In this document: one piece after another, positions 28,467-37,253 of the stretch
Layout: every line of letters begins with the position of its first letter
Position numbering within the stretch: the first letter of the stretch is position 1
Virus record (IMG/VR): IMGVR_UViG_3300022725_000034
Coordinates: 2,659-66,658 of that record
Source of the DNA: a virus
Length of the DNA: 64,000 bases
Direction: 5' to 3' (one strand)
Made by a program: the position numbers and the translations under genes
The notes under the pieces: generated by a model
The model's database searches: none
Seen by the model: the letters and a program-made list of their open reading frames with translations, nothing else
What the model was told of the DNA's origin: nothing

Positions 28467-28558
28467 GAAATCTCAAGTGGATAGCAGTCCTTTGATCACC
28501 CGACCCGATGGACCCGGAGGCCACGGCGTCTAATTTGAAATTAATTTCAAAAAGTACT

Positions 28559-28586
28559 TTGACAAAACTCTAAACTTTGGTAGACT
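28559..28586 (+). promoter_or_regulatory. Phage promoter with upstream palindrome (28536-28549)
   Basis: TTGACA-16 bp-TAGACT. Confidence 0.75.
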
Positions 28587-28626
28587 ATAAGGGTAGAGAA
28601 ATTCATTGAGACTTAAGGAAAGCAAA

Positions 28627-28872
28627 ATGGACATCAAAGCCGGAACCGAGATCAGAGCCTACGACTTCCCTCACCTGAACGACTGCTACATGGAAGGTCG
28701 GGTGTTCAAGATTGAAGATGGGATGATCCATTGCACCTGCACCACCATTGTTCGTGACGGGGTGGATGTCCCAGTGAATGAGCTGCCCGAAACCTTCTGC
28801 ACACCTGAAGTCGGGAACGCCTTGTTTGATGATAAGACTACCCGGATCACCGAAGCCGGCACTGACCGGTAA
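28627..28872 (+). CDS. Small hypothetical protein
   Basis: 81 aa, RBS AAGGA. Confidence 0.65.
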   Translation: MDIKAGTEIRAYDFPHLNDCYMEGRVFKIEDGMIHCTCTTIVRDGVDVPVNELPETFCTPEVGNALFDDKTTRITEAGTDR

Positions 28873-28896
28873 CTGGCAACGTAAGGAGAGTTGACC

Positions 28897-29019
28897 ATGA
28901 ATATCCAAGTCACTCGGGAGAGCTACGAAGACATGGGCGGGGTGGATAATCCTCGCCTGTATGTTCAAATCTCTGTCACCGCTACCGGCAAGACCACGAC
29001 CTACTGGCTGATCCGATAA
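28897..29019 (+). CDS. 40-aa hypothetical protein
   Basis: RBS AAGGAG; MNIQVTRESY...YWLIR. Confidence 0.5.
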   Translation: MNIQVTRESYEDMGGVDNPRLYVQISVTATGKTTTYWLIR

Positions 29020-29030
29020 GGAGAGGAACC

Positions 29031-29252
29031 ATGGAAATCGCAGCTTATATCGAAGTCGCCAAGAAGCACCAAGCCACCATGCGACAATACCTGAAGGGCG
29101 GCCCCGTCACCGTCAGGGATCTCGATGATATTGTAGCCATCCAAGATGAGTTCGCGGGGGCGGTTGACGCAATGTACTCCAAACCCATCGGAGAGGTACG
29201 GGCTGCAGAGAAGGCCGCCAACATCCACCCTGACTACCGCGCCTTTGCGTAA
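29031..29252 (+). CDS. Hypothetical protein
   Basis: 73 aa, RBS GAGG. Confidence 0.6.
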   Translation: MEIAAYIEVAKKHQATMRQYLKGGPVTVRDLDDIVAIQDEFAGAVDAMYSKPIGEVRAAEKAANIHPDYRAFA

Positions 29253-29263
29253 GGATAAGGATC

Positions 29264-29452
29264 ATGAGCCATAAGCAAAATGCCCGAGCTGCCCTGACCA
29301 ATCACGGGGTTCCCCTGAACCGGGATTACCACACCCTACCCTCAGCCACCGTGGAGGATATTGTCGAGGCCGCCAAGGCCCACCGCTACCGCAAGCCCAA
29401 GAACGCCAACGGCAGCACTGCCCGCTGCTTCTATGAATACGCCAACCGTTGA
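29264..29452 (+). CDS. Hypothetical protein
   Basis: 62 aa, RBS AAGGA. Confidence 0.6.
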   Translation: MSHKQNARAALTNHGVPLNRDYHTLPSATVEDIVEAAKAHRYRKPKNANGSTARCFYEYANR

Positions 29453-29658
29453 GGGGCGTCATGAGAACCCAGCACAACTATCACCAACAGATATGCAGCC
29501 ACACTCACCTGTACGGGGTCAGGAAGTACCACCGCCATCATGTATGTAGCCACACCAGAATGCCGGCCTCAGGGGTACGTGATGCTCATTACATCGTGAG
29601 CCGGGGAGCCGACAAAGATCGAGTTCACGGTACTGAATGTGGAGGCTCTGGTGTCTAA
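29449..29658 (+). CDS. His-rich hypothetical protein
   Basis: 69 aa, coupled; weak support. Confidence 0.35.
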   Translation: MRGVMRTQHNYHQQICSHTHLYGVRKYHRHHVCSHTRMPASGVRDAHYIVSRGADKDRVHGTECGGSGV

Positions 29659-29971
29659 GGTAGTGCAAGAGCAAGAGGCCAACTTTCTCCTTGATGAGAT
29701 AGCCCCGGATCGAATGACTCAGGAGATCTGTGATAATTACAATGAGCGGTGCCCACTGGGGTATGAACTCGAGTTGGAGTTTGACTGGAAAGACGAGGGC
29801 TTTTGGCTGGAGCGCCGATTCCTGAAACCTGTCAATGGACAGTGGGAGCTTTTCTTGGCCCGGTACGCTAACTGGGATGACATCGGGTGGGGTCTCATCA
29901 TCCTCGACATTGAGGGTTGGGAGTGCATGTCAGTTAAGGCTCGGGAAGTCCAGATGCCCACGGAGCACTGA
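29639..29971 (+). CDS. Hypothetical protein
   Basis: 110 aa, acidic and aromatic composition. Confidence 0.55.
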   Translation: MEALVSKVVQEQEANFLLDEIAPDRMTQEICDNYNERCPLGYELELEFDWKDEGFWLERRFLKPVNGQWELFLARYANWDDIGWGLIILDIEGWECMSVKAREVQMPTEH

Positions 29972-30007
29972 CTTCCAGATTTTTTGAAATTAATTGCAGA
30001 TCAGTCT

Positions 30008-30035
30008 TTGACAAAACCCTAAATTTTGGTAGTAT
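30008..30035 (+). promoter_or_regulatory. Phage promoter with upstream palindrome (29985-29998)
   Basis: TTGACA-16 bp-TAGTAT. Confidence 0.75.
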
Positions 30036-30076
30036 ATACATATAGGCAATAAACACCGAGACTTAAGGAGAGTCGC

Positions 30077-30244
30077 ATGTATTACCACGAGCTTGTCAGT
30101 ATGATCGCCAAAGCAATGTCCGAGAAGAACGAAGACGCTCTGTACGAAGTCCACTCCAAGGTTCGAGATCTGCTCCTGAGTGATGATGAGCGGGAAGCCA
30201 TGGAGCAACTTCTGGAAGCCGCCATCGAGAGCGTCATCGAGTAA
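30077..30244 (+). CDS. 55-aa acidic helical protein
   Basis: RBS AAGGAG, first gene after the promoter; missed by the ORF track. Confidence 0.6.
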   Translation: MYYHELVSMIAKAMSEKNEDALYEVHSKVRDLLLSDDEREAMEQLLEAAIESVIE

Positions 30245-30269
30245 TCCAAGTTTGAGTCAAGGAGACCCC

Positions 30270-30578
30270 ATGAAGCAGTACAAAAGTAATCCGATGAAAT
30301 TCCTCCGCTGGTACGTCCGGTTCGCAGCCCTCCTGCTGTTGGTGTTCCTGTTCGGTCTAGGACTGTTTCTCTGGGAAGCGTACCAAGCCCTTCAGGCATC
30401 AGACGGGACGTTCGGTAGCGTGGTTCTGGTTGTCGCCATGGTCTTCGCTTCTTTCTTTTGCTGGAAGCAGGTGAAGTCTCTGGGGACGGTTATTGCGGAG
30501 ATTGTGGATAACAAGGACGCTTATGCTCAAAGCCTGCAGGAACGTCAGGAGACTTCACGAGACAACGAGGATGGGTAA
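30270..30578 (+). CDS. Two-TM membrane protein
   Basis: RBS AAGGAG; two hydrophobic helices. Confidence 0.65.
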   Translation: MKQYKSNPMKFLRWYVRFAALLLLVFLFGLGLFLWEAYQALQASDGTFGSVVLVVAMVFASFFCWKQVKSLGTVIAEIVDNKDAYAQSLQERQETSRDNEDG

Positions 30579-30895
30579 TGCTTGAATTTATCTGGCTATT
30601 TTGGGGGAGTGAGCGGTCTGGCTTTCATTGCCCTCTGGGTTTTGATCAGTTGGGTGATTATAGTGGCCACGATCCCGAGCACTTCGAGTTCAGTGATACG
30701 GTTCCGGAAGATGAGATAGGAATGGGGGGAGTTCATGGCTGAGTTTTTGGGTATGGAAGTGGGTGAACCTGAAGACTCGATTCACAAGCGACAATCAGGC
30801 CCGCAACTGGCTTAAAGATCAGAACGCCGACCAGATGGTCAAGTACCTCAACATCGTCTGTCCTGACGATTACTGAAACCCGTAAGGAGAATTTC

Positions 30896-31528
30896 ATGGC
30901 TTTGAACATAGCAGGCAACAAGCCGAAAGAAGAGAAACCCGTAACACCCTCACCAAAAGAAACCAAATCTGAGCCTGTTGTCACTGAGGAGAAGGACTCC
31001 AAGGCTGAGGTGGAGAAGGTTGAGGCTGCTGAATCCACTCCTCCCAAAGTACCCTTTGATGAGTGGGGTCTGAAGATCACCGACCGGTTCAGCGTGGTCC
31101 GCCAGCGGGAGTCGTTCATGCTTATTGAGCATCGGCCTAGTGAGGATAAGGACGGCAACAAGACCACCAAAGCCATCAAGACCTACCACCCCACGGTGGA
31201 GCAGGTACTTGGTAAGATGGCCAAGGTGCACACTCTGGATCTTCTGGAGCAGGAGGAGGTGGATAAGTTCGCTGATGCCCTGTCTCACCTGACCACCACC
31301 CTCAGAGAAACTGTAGGCCCTCTTCTGGACGCTGCCGATGGAAACCACAAGCAGGCTTCGACTCTGGGCGGGAACGTCTACCTAGACTTTATGGGGCGCC
31401 TCAAGACCGGCTTGAAGGTGGCTGAAAAATCCGAAGCCTTCGAGGTTGATGGACAACAGGTGATGCCGGTAGAAGCTGTCTATAAAGCCATCGAGACCGA
31501 GTTCCCCGGAGGTAAGGATGAATCATGA
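30896..31528 (+). CDS. Hypothetical protein with disordered N-terminus
   Basis: 210 aa, RBS AAGGAG; starts MALNI. Confidence 0.7.
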   Translation: MALNIAGNKPKEEKPVTPSPKETKSEPVVTEEKDSKAEVEKVEAAESTPPKVPFDEWGLKITDRFSVVRQRESFMLIEHRPSEDKDGNKTTKAIKTYHPTVEQVLGKMAKVHTLDLLEQEEVDKFADALSHLTTTLRETVGPLLDAADGNHKQASTLGGNVYLDFMGRLKTGLKVAEKSEAFEVDGQQVMPVEAVYKAIETEFPGGKDES

Positions 31529-31958
31529 TCCGGACACCCTCGACTACGTGTGTGAGCACAACCGGCTTGGGTGCCACTGCAGCTTTGACAAGTTGAAGCC
31601 TGAGCAGAAAGCCTTTCAGATGGGCGCCATGCATCGGGGTTATGGCTGGGCCCCGAAACCGAAGCACTACTACTCGCCTGAGGAGCTTACTGCCTACACC
31701 CTTGGCTTCAAGCAGGGAGATCAGGACACGCTGATCAAGGTGGGGACTCGAGTGAGGGTGGACCATGGCACCGGAGTAGTCCGAAAGTATGAAGTCCTCG
31801 GTTCCCGCCATGCTGTGGAGTACGAAAAGCTGGAGTCTCTCGGGCATTACCGGCTGATGATTGAACTGGATCCGGGGCATACGTGGCAGACTGCCCGACC
31901 GGAGCTTCTGTATTGTGAGTGGCCTGATAAGGTGGAGGTGCTTGATGGAGACGCCTGA
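31518..31958 (+). CDS. Hypothetical protein
   Basis: 146 aa, RBS GGAGG. Confidence 0.6.
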   Translation: MNHDPDTLDYVCEHNRLGCHCSFDKLKPEQKAFQMGAMHRGYGWAPKPKHYYSPEELTAYTLGFKQGDQDTLIKVGTRVRVDHGTGVVRKYEVLGSRHAVEYEKLESLGHYRLMIELDPGHTWQTARPELLYCEWPDKVEVLDGDA

Positions 31959-32370
31959 AGGTTGGAACCCAATGGAGACCGCGCCAAAGGATCGACCTAT
32001 CTTGGTGCTACATTGTCATGAAGCCGACCCCTACCATTTGGGTTCCGGGGCTGGACCAGACCACCTAACGCCCTACGGGTCTCATGTCGAAGCCTTGTCC
32101 CATTCTGAAGATGGACCTTATGTGGCCGCTTGGGGAGGTGATGACTCCGAGTGGTGTGAATGGAAGCAGATGACTCTGGAGTGGCCGGCATGGTGGTTCA
32201 TTAACGATGGAGACTGGGAATCCCCCTTGTCACCGATTGGATGGTTACCGATTCCCGGATTCACGAAAGCTCAGCATGAGAAGTGCAAGGGGTGTGGGGC
32301 TCAGGGGTTTCACCAGAGTAATCGTAAGCCATACGCCTGTGACTTTTGCGACAACCCGGATGCAGATTGA
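31945..32370 (+). CDS. DUF551-like protein with C-terminal CxxC...CxxC
   Basis: WNPMETAPKDRPILV start and PIGWLPIP end. Confidence 0.55.
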   Translation: METPEGWNPMETAPKDRPILVLHCHEADPYHLGSGAGPDHLTPYGSHVEALSHSEDGPYVAAWGGDDSEWCEWKQMTLEWPAWWFINDGDWESPLSPIGWLPIPGFTKAQHEKCKGCGAQGFHQSNRKPYACDFCDNPDAD

Positions 32371-32485
32371 AATTAATTGCACGGCATATTTGACAAACCT
32401 TTAAACTTATGCGAGAATGAGGGGGTAGGATAAAAAATCATCCTGCCCTTTTTTTCGTTCTTTAACATCACATAAGGATATTGAT

Positions 32486-32824
32486 ATGGCTTACGTAGTA
32501 ATTACTGCTGCAGGCAACTGGGGTAAAGGTGAAACCCTTAATGAGGCAGCCAAAACCGCCAAAGTTCGATCTCAGACTGTCCGAGGATTGGTCATCAAAT
32601 TAGACCCTCGTCTCTATGAGAAAGTAGAAGTAGATGATCACGGAGGTATTACGTGGTACGGAACTGATGACCTCAAGCGGTGTTCTTTGTCAATAAGGTC
32701 AGCAGCCAAGGAAGTCAGTTATTTCGGCCACTTCAATCTGAAGATGACCAAAGGCAACCTGTCGATGACCACCATTGACAAATACCCATCAACCCTCCGG
32801 CCTTCGGGCCGGGGGAAGCTATAA
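32486..32824 (+). CDS. Hypothetical protein
   Basis: 112 aa; degenerate promoter at 32390 with palindrome at 32368. Confidence 0.6.
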   Translation: MAYVVITAAGNWGKGETLNEAAKTAKVRSQTVRGLVIKLDPRLYEKVEVDDHGGITWYGTDDLKRCSLSIRSAAKEVSYFGHFNLKMTKGNLSMTTIDKYPSTLRPSGRGKL

Positions 32825-32929
32825 GGATAGGCTTATGGAAACCATCATTGAGCAGGACGACGTCATTTACTGTTGCGCGGCTAACGATACCTCCGTTGAG
32901 GTCGGCCGCATCATCGGGGAAGAATAACC

Positions 32930-33382
32930 ATGAAATCATCGATAACGGATACTCTGTATCACTTGTCATTCAATCGCTCACTCCCCGAGACGTTGACCCC
33001 ACGCCTCCCCGATGGATGGGAAGACGGCAACGGGGAGTTTACGACGCCTCGGGTATCGTTCTCCACTAACATCCTAGGCGCGGTTCGAGCCATCTGGCCT
33101 AACATCGATCACATCTGGCGGGGGTCGCCCGATGGATGGCTGACGATTCACGTCTACCAGGGACAACTGCAGACCCAACGAGTATTGTGGACACAAGACC
33201 TGGTCAAGGATCGTCTGGTGTTTGATGCCCACATGACCGATGAGGTCTGTGTACTGGATCCGATTGAGGTCCAGTACGTGAAAACCATCCGTATCAGACC
33301 TAAAGGTCGCCCTCAGTCATTTCGGGAATACAACGACCCACGAGGAGCTAACCCATGTTTGACCCAGACCCCAACGATGTAG
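32930..33382 (+). CDS. Hypothetical protein
   Basis: 150 aa; LYHLS...TPRVSFSTNI pattern is loosely reminiscent of ADP-ribosyltransferase-like folds (untested). Confidence 0.5.
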   Translation: MKSSITDTLYHLSFNRSLPETLTPRLPDGWEDGNGEFTTPRVSFSTNILGAVRAIWPNIDHIWRGSPDGWLTIHVYQGQLQTQRVLWTQDLVKDRLVFDAHMTDEVCVLDPIEVQYVKTIRIRPKGRPQSFREYNDPRGANPCLTQTPTM

Positions 33383-33525
33383 CTGAACTCAAAGCCGAGG
33401 CTGCTGCAGAGCGGCGGTATCGGAGAATACTCGCCAGACACCCGGACTGCCGGGATCCGGATCACCCGGGCTGTGAACTGTGCGAAGATCAAGACGACGA
33501 AGAAATGGAAGGCGAAGAAGAATGA
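33355..33525 (+). CDS. 56-aa acidic protein with Cys/His cluster
   Basis: RBS GAGGAG; HPDCRDPDHPGCELC; missed by the ORF track. Confidence 0.55.
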   Translation: MFDPDPNDVAELKAEAAAERRYRRILARHPDCRDPDHPGCELCEDQDDEEMEGEEE

Positions 33526-33752
33526 CTGAGAAAGACCTGTACCAAAAAATGGAAGATGCCGGCGTTGTCAGTGGGAACCACGCCTCGGACCTGTATGTGT
33601 TCGACACCCATGCGGCCCGCGAGATCCTGAATCAGTACCCACTTGAGAAGGCGAACTCCAGCCGGTTCAGGTGCAACGTCACTGAGCGGCGGGGTATCGA
33701 GATCCCGTTTGCCTACTCACCCCATTTTGGCAAGGCGTTTGCTGCGCTATAA
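33522..33752 (+). CDS. Hypothetical protein
   Basis: ATGA-coupled; 76 aa (NHASDLY...IPFAY). Confidence 0.6.
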   Translation: MTEKDLYQKMEDAGVVSGNHASDLYVFDTHAAREILNQYPLEKANSSRFRCNVTERRGIEIPFAYSPHFGKAFAAL

Positions 33753-33771
33753 TCACCCCAAGCACGATCAT

Positions 33772-33795
33772 GGCCCCAAACTCGGGGCCTTTTTT
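33772..33795 (+). terminator. Rho-independent terminator
   Basis: GGCCCC-aaactc-GGGGCC followed by a T run. Confidence 0.75.
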
Positions 33796-33797
33796 AT

Positions 33798-33870
33798 CAA
33801 AGCGCGAAAAACCCCGTCCTTTCCGCCTAACGGCGGCAAACCGTAGGTTTGAGGGCGGGGTGGATGTCAA
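33798..33870 (+). mobile_element. 73-bp non-autonomous IS200/IS605 derivative (left-end/right-end fusion, PATE-like)
   Basis: Preceded by TTTAT; 33812-33870 is identical to the 59-nt right end at 43791-43849; the 5' part AGCGCGAAAAACCCCGTCCTT matches the left end at 42197 onward. Confidence 0.85.
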
Positions 33871-33882
33871 GGAGCAGTATTC

Positions 33883-34191
33883 ATGGCGATGAGTCCAGAA
33901 GAACAGGAGTTCACGGTTCGTAAGCTGATGCGGGGTATTGAGTATCGAGTAAAAGCGAACCTGTTGACCAACGATAAGATTGCCGAGATTACCAAGCAGA
34001 GCAAAAACACCGTGAAGAAAGTGACTGGGCCGGGAGGTAAGGATCATCCCGCCTACCCCTTGGTGATGCCGTACATCAAGGATCGAGACCGATACCGGTC
34101 CAAGGCCTATGAGTTGGAGCCTGAGCAGGTGGCGAGGTCTATGGGGCACCCTTTGGATGAAGTGCTGGAGTTGTATCACAATCTCATTTGA
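33883..34191 (+). CDS. Hypothetical protein, possibly HTH
   Basis: 102 aa; RBS GGAG immediately after the mini element. Confidence 0.6.
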   Translation: MAMSPEEQEFTVRKLMRGIEYRVKANLLTNDKIAEITKQSKNTVKKVTGPGGKDHPAYPLVMPYIKDRDRYRSKAYELEPEQVARSMGHPLDEVLELYHNLI

Positions 34192-34208
34192 CATTAATTT
34201 CAAATTCT

Positions 34209-34236
34209 TTGACAAAACCCGACACTATGGTAGACT
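34209..34236 (+). promoter_or_regulatory. Phage promoter with upstream palindrome (34189-34202)
   Basis: TTGACA-16 bp-TAGACT. Confidence 0.75.
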
Positions 34237-34277
34237 GTGAATCAGGAAATCAATTTCCTTGTAGGAGATAGGAAGCC

Positions 34278-34361
34278 ATGACAGGTGTCAGGAAAGACGA
34301 ACTGGAATACCAGATCCTTGAAAACCCAAACCAGACCTTGACGAGGAGGAGTGATGGCTGA
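34278..34361 (+). pseudogene. 5' remnant of a small gene (MTGVRKDELEYQILENP...)
   Basis: 27 codons after a good RBS; homologous to the start-less remnant at 37017-37193. Confidence 0.55.
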
Positions 34362-34599
34362 TCCACAATTCATTGAAGTGAAGCTCTACAGCCATTGGGC
34401 TTCAGCCCTGATCAACGGGGATTACTCAGGCCTTGAGGATGAGGAGGAGGGGGATCTTAACGAGTACCTGAGTGAGGAGGCTCCCAAGCATGACATGTTC
34501 TACTGCGTGGGCAAGGATGACGACAATCACTTTGGCCGTCCGGATATCCCTGCAGGGTTGCCGGGGGACATATCCACCTACACCTTTCAAATAGCTTGA
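34354..34599 (+). CDS. Small acidic phage protein
   Basis: HWASALINGDYSGL motif typical of small phage proteins; RBS GAGGAG. Confidence 0.65.
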   Translation: MADPQFIEVKLYSHWASALINGDYSGLEDEEEGDLNEYLSEEAPKHDMFYCVGKDDDNHFGRPDIPAGLPGDISTYTFQIA

Positions 34600-34607
34600 G
34601 GGGGACT

Positions 34608-34772
34608 ATGAAGACGAACTTGAGCACCGACCGCAACGGGGAGGGCGAGTGGATGGAAGAAGCGTTCCCGAACCGTCAGGGCGCTGGTATCGACTCACCT
34701 GCATCCAACAACATGCAGCTGATCTACCGGCTGGCCTGCCAGCAAGCCGAGCCGGCGGGAGGTGAGAAGTGA
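34608..34772 (+). CDS. 54-aa hypothetical protein
   Basis: RBS GAGGGG; GTGA overlap with the next gene. Confidence 0.45.
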   Translation: MKTNLSTDRNGEGEWMEEAFPNRQGAGIDSPASNNMQLIYRLACQQAEPAGGEK

Positions 34773-35314
34773 CCGACACACCAGAGACCATCTATTTGAT
34801 CCCCGGAGAGGACGTAGACGGCGCGCCCTGTATGGTCTGGTGTGACGATCCAGCGCCGTCCTATGCCTGTGATCCCGCCGAGGCAGTGAAGTACATCCGG
34901 GCGGATAAGCACCTGGGCTGGAATGCCCGAGCCAGCCATGGCAACTGTCAAGGAATCCTTGATAGCTCAGCATGCGAAGTATCTATCACCCCGGAAATGA
35001 TCGAAGCCGGAGCCCAGCGCCTGGTGGCCTGGGAAGATGGCAGTGTATGGCCGGATAGCTGGGACAGCATGACTGTTGCGGCTGCACGGAATGATTCGGA
35101 GCGGGTGATTCGTTCGGCGTTGGGTGCGACAGACCATATTGCTGACGCCAGCGAAATGGTTCACGGCAACGTCCAGGCCATGGGAAACCTGAATTTCAAT
35201 GACGAGGACGATTATCAGAACGCCGTGGTTATTGAGTTTGCCAGCCATGATGAGCTGGTTGGGGCTCTGGAGTCTGGCCAGTGCAAGTTTTCAGTGTTTG
35301 GGGGTGATGCGTGA
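34769..35314 (+). CDS. Mosaic temperate-phage-type hypothetical protein
   Basis: 181 aa; chain of coupled genes with GGAGG RBS. Confidence 0.6.
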   Translation: MTDTPETIYLIPGEDVDGAPCMVWCDDPAPSYACDPAEAVKYIRADKHLGWNARASHGNCQGILDSSACEVSITPEMIEAGAQRLVAWEDGSVWPDSWDSMTVAAARNDSERVIRSALGATDHIADASEMVHGNVQAMGNLNFNDEDDYQNAVVIEFASHDELVGALESGQCKFSVFGGDA

Positions 35315-35721
35315 GCAGGGATATTGACGAAATTGCTTTGATGACGGCGAAGGCCATTGGCAACATAGATCCAGACAAACTGCCGGGAGGACGAACGCAA
35401 GCGAATGCACAGGCGCAGATATTGGTGCGTGATGCCATTGAAAAGCAGCTCGAACAGGCCGAAGCGAAAGCGGACTTGTTCAGGCGGGCATGCGAAGACC
35501 TGCTTGATGATCGACCGATTGCGCGGGCGTTCATCCTCCGCAAGCAGGCAGGGGCGGTGGAGTCTGCCGTCGAGCGGTCACGCGACCACTTAAATGAATG
35601 CGCATGGCCGTTAGGCGGAATCCCTGATGATGCAGAACATGCACTGCAAGAAGTCGAAGGTCACGCCCAACGGCTCCGGAACCAAGCCGACGAAGCCGAG
35701 CGGGCGGGAGGTGATCAGTGA
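35311..35721 (+). CDS. Temperate-phage-type hypothetical protein
   Basis: 136 aa, coupled; ILRKQAGAVE...AERAGGDQ. Confidence 0.6.
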   Translation: MSRDIDEIALMTAKAIGNIDPDKLPGGRTQANAQAQILVRDAIEKQLEQAEAKADLFRRACEDLLDDRPIARAFILRKQAGAVESAVERSRDHLNECAWPLGGIPDDAEHALQEVEGHAQRLRNQADEAERAGGDQ

Positions 35722-35951
35722 GTGGATACAGAAACGAATGGCCGTGCTGTGGCGATGAAACCTACACCCAGGCGTGGGAGCCGGAACGGTGCCCGTTTTG
35801 CGAGCTGAACGAGGCGGAAGACCGCATTGAAGAACTGGAAACCATGCTCAAAGTGTTCCTGGGCTGCATTGAAACAGGCCTGATGCCGGAGCCTGGCAGC
35901 CCCTGCCAACGGAAAATCATCCAACTAGTTAGGGAGCCTGGAGATGACTGA
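35718..35951 (+). CDS. Small Cys-rich hypothetical protein
   Basis: 77 aa; PCCG...CPFC. Confidence 0.6.
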   Translation: MSGYRNEWPCCGDETYTQAWEPERCPFCELNEAEDRIEELETMLKVFLGCIETGLMPEPGSPCQRKIIQLVREPGDD

Positions 35952-36174
35952 CTACAAAATCCGGACAACCCGAATCATGGTACATCCGGCCAATAACCCA
36001 ACGATCCTGAGCGAGATGGTAACGACGGTCAGCATCGATGACGAGGGCGGCGGCGAGTACGTCAAAGCCGAGCAGGTGAATACCGGCTCGATACTCATCA
36101 ACCCCGACGAGTGGCCGGAGTTGCGGGCGGCGATTGATCGGATGATTGCGGAGTGCGAGGGAGGTGAGGAGTGA
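35944..36174 (+). CDS. Hypothetical protein
   Basis: 76 aa, coupled. Confidence 0.6.
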   Translation: MTDYKIRTTRIMVHPANNPTILSEMVTTVSIDDEGGGEYVKAEQVNTGSILINPDEWPELRAAIDRMIAECEGGEE

Positions 36175-36296
36175 AACTCATGAAAGCGACACAATTCCGG
36201 ACACGCTTTTTCGAGAAAGGCAGTGAGCCGGACATGAACACGCTGAAAAAGTGCAATAATTTAAAAATATACACACAAAAGTATTGCAATCCTTAG
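36171..36296 (+). pseudogene. Truncated excisionase-like gene
   Basis: MKLMKATQFRTRFFEKGSEPDMNTLKK resembles the N-terminus of gammaproteobacterial phage Xis proteins, then runs into an AT-rich promoter sequence. Confidence 0.5.
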
Positions 36297-36311
36297 TTAT
36301 GTGTGTATAAT
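36268..36311 (+). promoter_or_regulatory. Promoter with inverted-repeat operator
   Basis: TTGCAA 36284 / TATAAT 36306; TATACACACA (36268) and TGTGTGTATA (36300) are inverted repeats. Confidence 0.65.
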
Positions 36312-36379
36312 ACTAATCATGGAGTTGAGGAAATCAACCCACCGACCCGGCGGAACCGGAGACCGAAAGGAGAAATACG

Positions 36380-36592
36380 ATGAAAACTGAATTCACTTTT
36401 CTGCACGCAGCGCACAAAGAAGTAACCGCTACCCCAGAGAAAGTTATTATGAACGGCCAAAGCGGCAACATTTGGACGTTTTACGGCTTCGACCCGCTGA
36501 CTGAAAACAACAATGTCCATCTAACTAAAACTTTCATGAAAGACCGGTCAACTGAAGCGGACATCGTAGAGCAGTTCAGATTAATGATGTGA
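36380..36592 (+). CDS. Hypothetical protein
   Basis: 70 aa, RBS AAGGAG. Confidence 0.65.
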   Translation: MKTEFTFLHAAHKEVTATPEKVIMNGQSGNIWTFYGFDPLTENNNVHLTKTFMKDRSTEADIVEQFRLMM

Positions 36593-36659
36593 ACGGAGTA
36601 TGTCCGGCACGACACCCGAAAACCGGGCTGGTACGAAATCAGAGACTGGGGTGCCCTGA

Positions 36660-36845
36660 ATGAAAAAGAAATCATCCGAAGATACGGAAATTAAGCGGCC
36701 CGCACACCGACCACAGGAGATGGAGGGCGGCAAAAGGCGGAACATATATATCGACAACGCAAGCTGGGAAATTGCCCAAAAACTGGGCGGCGGCAAGGCC
36801 AGTGAGGGTATTCGAATCGCCCTGCAAATGACCGCCGGCAAATAA
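36660..36845 (+). CDS. Ribbon-helix-helix-like small DNA-binding protein
   Basis: KRRNIYID strand followed by two short helices (SWEIAQKLG, SEGIRIAL). Confidence 0.55.
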   Translation: MKKKSSEDTEIKRPAHRPQEMEGGKRRNIYIDNASWEIAQKLGGGKASEGIRIALQMTAGK

Positions 36846-36889
36846 AGGTTTTGGATATATATTGGATTTGTTTTTGATGGGCCAGAAAC

Positions 36890-36921
36890 GAAAGAAGCCA
36901 GACACCGTGTAAGTGTCTGGC
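36890..36921 (-). terminator. Terminator downstream of the tRNA
   Basis: GCCAGACAC/GTGTCTGGC stem followed by TTCTTT on the minus strand. Confidence 0.6.
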
Positions 36922-36936
36922 CTCTCTGGGGAATTC

Positions 36937-37014
<78 letters not shown>

Positions 37015-37016
37015 AA

Positions 37017-37193
37017 ACTGCTGGCCACCGAAAGGACGGGGCTGATTACCAGATCCTCGCAAACCCGGCAGGAGGAACACCCTCCCCCTTTATTGCGGTG
37101 TATGAGAAGACTACTCCGGATGGTGGGGTGGAGATAGAGGTCAAGGGGTGTCAGACATTGCCTGAAGCAAAGCACTGGATTGTTCGTCGCTGA
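37017..37193 (+). pseudogene. Start-less gene remnant (TAGHRKDGADYQILANP...HWIVRR)
   Basis: Open frame from the tRNA boundary to TGA 37193 with no start codon or RBS; homologous to 34278-34330. Confidence 0.5.
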
Positions 37194-37253
37194 CCGCCTA
37201 CACTGAAGATCCCGGAATAGTCCGGCCTTGCTCTTAACCGAAGGGGGTTCACT

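Noticed and set aside
37031-37041. 11-bp reverse-complement match (CCCCGTCCTTT) to the IS end near the tRNA
   Set aside because: No partner hairpin arm, TTTAT target or TCAA end; it lies within the coding remnant and may be chance
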